Assembly: GCA_022813965.1 (NCBI GenBank)
Contig: JALDZS010000019.1
Span: forward strand, 186,001 to 207,319
Direction: 5' to 3'
DNA length: 21,319 nt
Source of the DNA: Toensbergia leucococca
Lineage: Eukaryota
Positions 19,571 through 21,319 of the stretch are shown one piece after another. Position 1 is the first letter of the stretch, and every line of letters begins with the position of its first letter. The position numbers and the translations under genes were made by a program. The notes beneath the pieces were generated by a model. That model was not told the DNA's origin, did not search any database, and saw only the letters and a list, made by a program, of their open reading frames with translations.

Positions 19571-20601
19571 TCAGGAAACTTCCTCCATTGTCACCTCTTC
19601 GGTAGACTTAGACTCAGAAGCTCTAGCATACAAATAATCATATGTTTCAGATAGTGACTTGGTTTTCCTGTTCACGTCCTTGGAAACTCGTTGCTTTCGC
19701 TCAGTATGCGTGCCCGTCAACTCTTGAACGTGATACTTCTCTGCGTTCAAGTCAAAGTCCGCGCTCTCGAGCTTGAGTCTTAGAGGTAGCCGCTTCATGT
19801 TGATGAGAAGAACATCAGCCATGAACTCGGCAGGGAACAATAGGATGTCTTCGTCCAATGCTTCAGGCTTGACGTTGTAGGCGAAGATATCGGCGAGTAG
19901 CTTTCTGAGAGGTGAGCCCGTAGGCGTATTGTCATAAGCATAGCAAATGGCGGCAGAAGTGCCCGGGGGGAGATAAGTTATTTTTAACTCTCTATAGACA
20001 GGATTCGGTGTTCGTTGGACTGGCCGAGATTCAAGGTCTGTGTGAACGGCGAATAAGGGACTTGGTTGAGATGGTACTCCCCACCCGAAAGAGTTGTAAG
20101 AGGTTTCGACTATTACGGGTTCAGATTGAGTGTCATCCAAGAGTGCTGGAGGAATACCCTCTTTCGTGCATCTGTCACGAATAGCATCTAGCGCAAGGTT
20201 CTGAAGCTTCGGAATTCCAACTTTTTCCGCAAAGCAAAAGACTTTGACTAAGAGGAAGCTTGGGTCATGATAGTCTTCATGATAATTCAGTTCCTGCGAG
20301 TAGACCTACTCTTCAAATACCACGAATTCATCAACGCCATCTTCTTCCAAGTACATACTCCCAGTGGTTGCCTCCTCGAAGGATCCATGGAATCCCTTTT
20401 CAAAGAATGCTGAAGGCTGGCAGATGCGGCCTTTGTGGAAATAGAAAGGATATTTTTCCGGACCGACGTAGATGGTCGCAATAGAGTGGTGGAGAGTGCT
20501 GCAAAGAGTAAATTCCCAGCAGCCAGTTCATGATAAGAAACACACTGTAAAGACGATTCCTCTCCTTTTACGCTCCCCCAGCTGGATGGGCCCGGCGTCA
20601 T
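19571..20601 (-). pseudogene. BTB/POZ-domain protein gene with in-frame TAG at codon 83 (327 aa if read as Trp)
   Basis: Exons 20601-20546 and 20498-19571 (47-nt GT-AG intron). Translation ATIYVGPEKYPFYFHKGRICQPSAFFEKGFHGSFEEATTGSMYLEEDGVDEFVVFEE*VYS...LVKVFCFAEKVGIPKLQNLALDAI...YAYDNTPTGSPLRKLLAD is a typical fungal BTB protein. TAG at 20308-20306. Confidence 0.85.
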
Positions 20602-21103
20602 TCTTTGCTATCGTCAGAAGTGTTGAATGTGCGAGTCTTGTTAAGTTGAAGAGAATTCTTTGACTTGCCAGGTCCCAGCGGTTAATTTAAAATAATCGAT
20701 TCGACATTTGTCTACTGATTTCTAGAAGGCCATGCACTGTTATGATTTCCAGCGTGTGATGACTTTCAGACGATTAGGAAAGGCTGGGGAAATAAATGCA
20801 TCAATTCGGATACCTAGACACCTAGATCAACAAGAGGCTGCGGGTGCGATGTGCTCAACGGAACAACTTTTATCCATGCAGCTTTCCCCTGTTATCTCAA
20901 TTCATGAATTGTGCCTTGGTGCCTTGTTGGCTTCCCAGTATGCGGAGAGTGGAGAGTGGAGATACTGCTTGGAAAGTTCTATCGCCCTAATGTGTGTCTC
21001 GCCATTAACTCAGTAACGGGAATCAGAGCAATGAAATATACAATCTCCCTCAGCCCTTTGAAATCACCGAATTTCAAAAAGGACGTTTGATTCGAAGTCA
21101 ATC

Positions 21104-21319
21104 ATGGACTCCATCGCAGCATCATCACTATTCACCCCTCCACTGCTGAATTCGGCCAACCCATGGGCTACGACCAAGGAAGACCTCCAGGCATTGCACG
21201 ATTGCCCATATACTGGTGCTGTGACAATCCGTACAAGTCTCCCCAGGGGTTTCAGCCACGATGATACCGTTCATCAATATTGCTTCTTTGATACAGACAC
21301 GAGCCTTCTCTCCGGCAGC
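21104..21319 (+). CDS. 5' end of class-I dihydroorotate dehydrogenase-like FMN oxidoreductase (possible dihydrouracil oxidase), partial
   Basis: Open frame to the window end: MDSIAASSLFTPPLLNSANPWATTKEDLQALHDCPYTGAVTIRTSLPRGFSHDDTVHQYCFFD, matching the N-terminus of fungal Ura1-like proteins. Confidence 0.82.
   Translation, partial: MDSIAASSLFTPPLLNSANPWATTKEDLQALHDCPYTGAVTIRTSLPRGFSHDDTVHQYCFFDTDTSLLSGS

Overview
Intron-containing genomic DNA from a filamentous ascomycete (Pezizomycotina-type genes, mostly short GT-AG introns with CTRAY-like branch points); finer taxonomy cannot be read from the sequence. Gene order: partial hypothetical gene (-), F-box-like orphan (-), FAD-dependent phenol 2-monooxygenase (-) divergent from a cytochrome P450 (+) carrying a single +1 frameshift, conserved hypothetical gene (+), a ~1.9 kb non-coding interval, DDHD-domain phospholipase A1 (-), ~2.7 kb of decayed gene relics, DNA polymerase delta subunit 4 (+), a BTB/POZ gene (-) with TAG at a conserved Trp, and the 5' end of a class-I DHODH-like flavoprotein (+). 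The most interesting signal is in the non-coding interval: a hand-folded plus-strand pseudoknot at 9489-9700 with telomerase-RNA-like geometry but no canonical TTAGGG template. All exon models and RNA pairings were derived by eye; no searches or folding programs were run.
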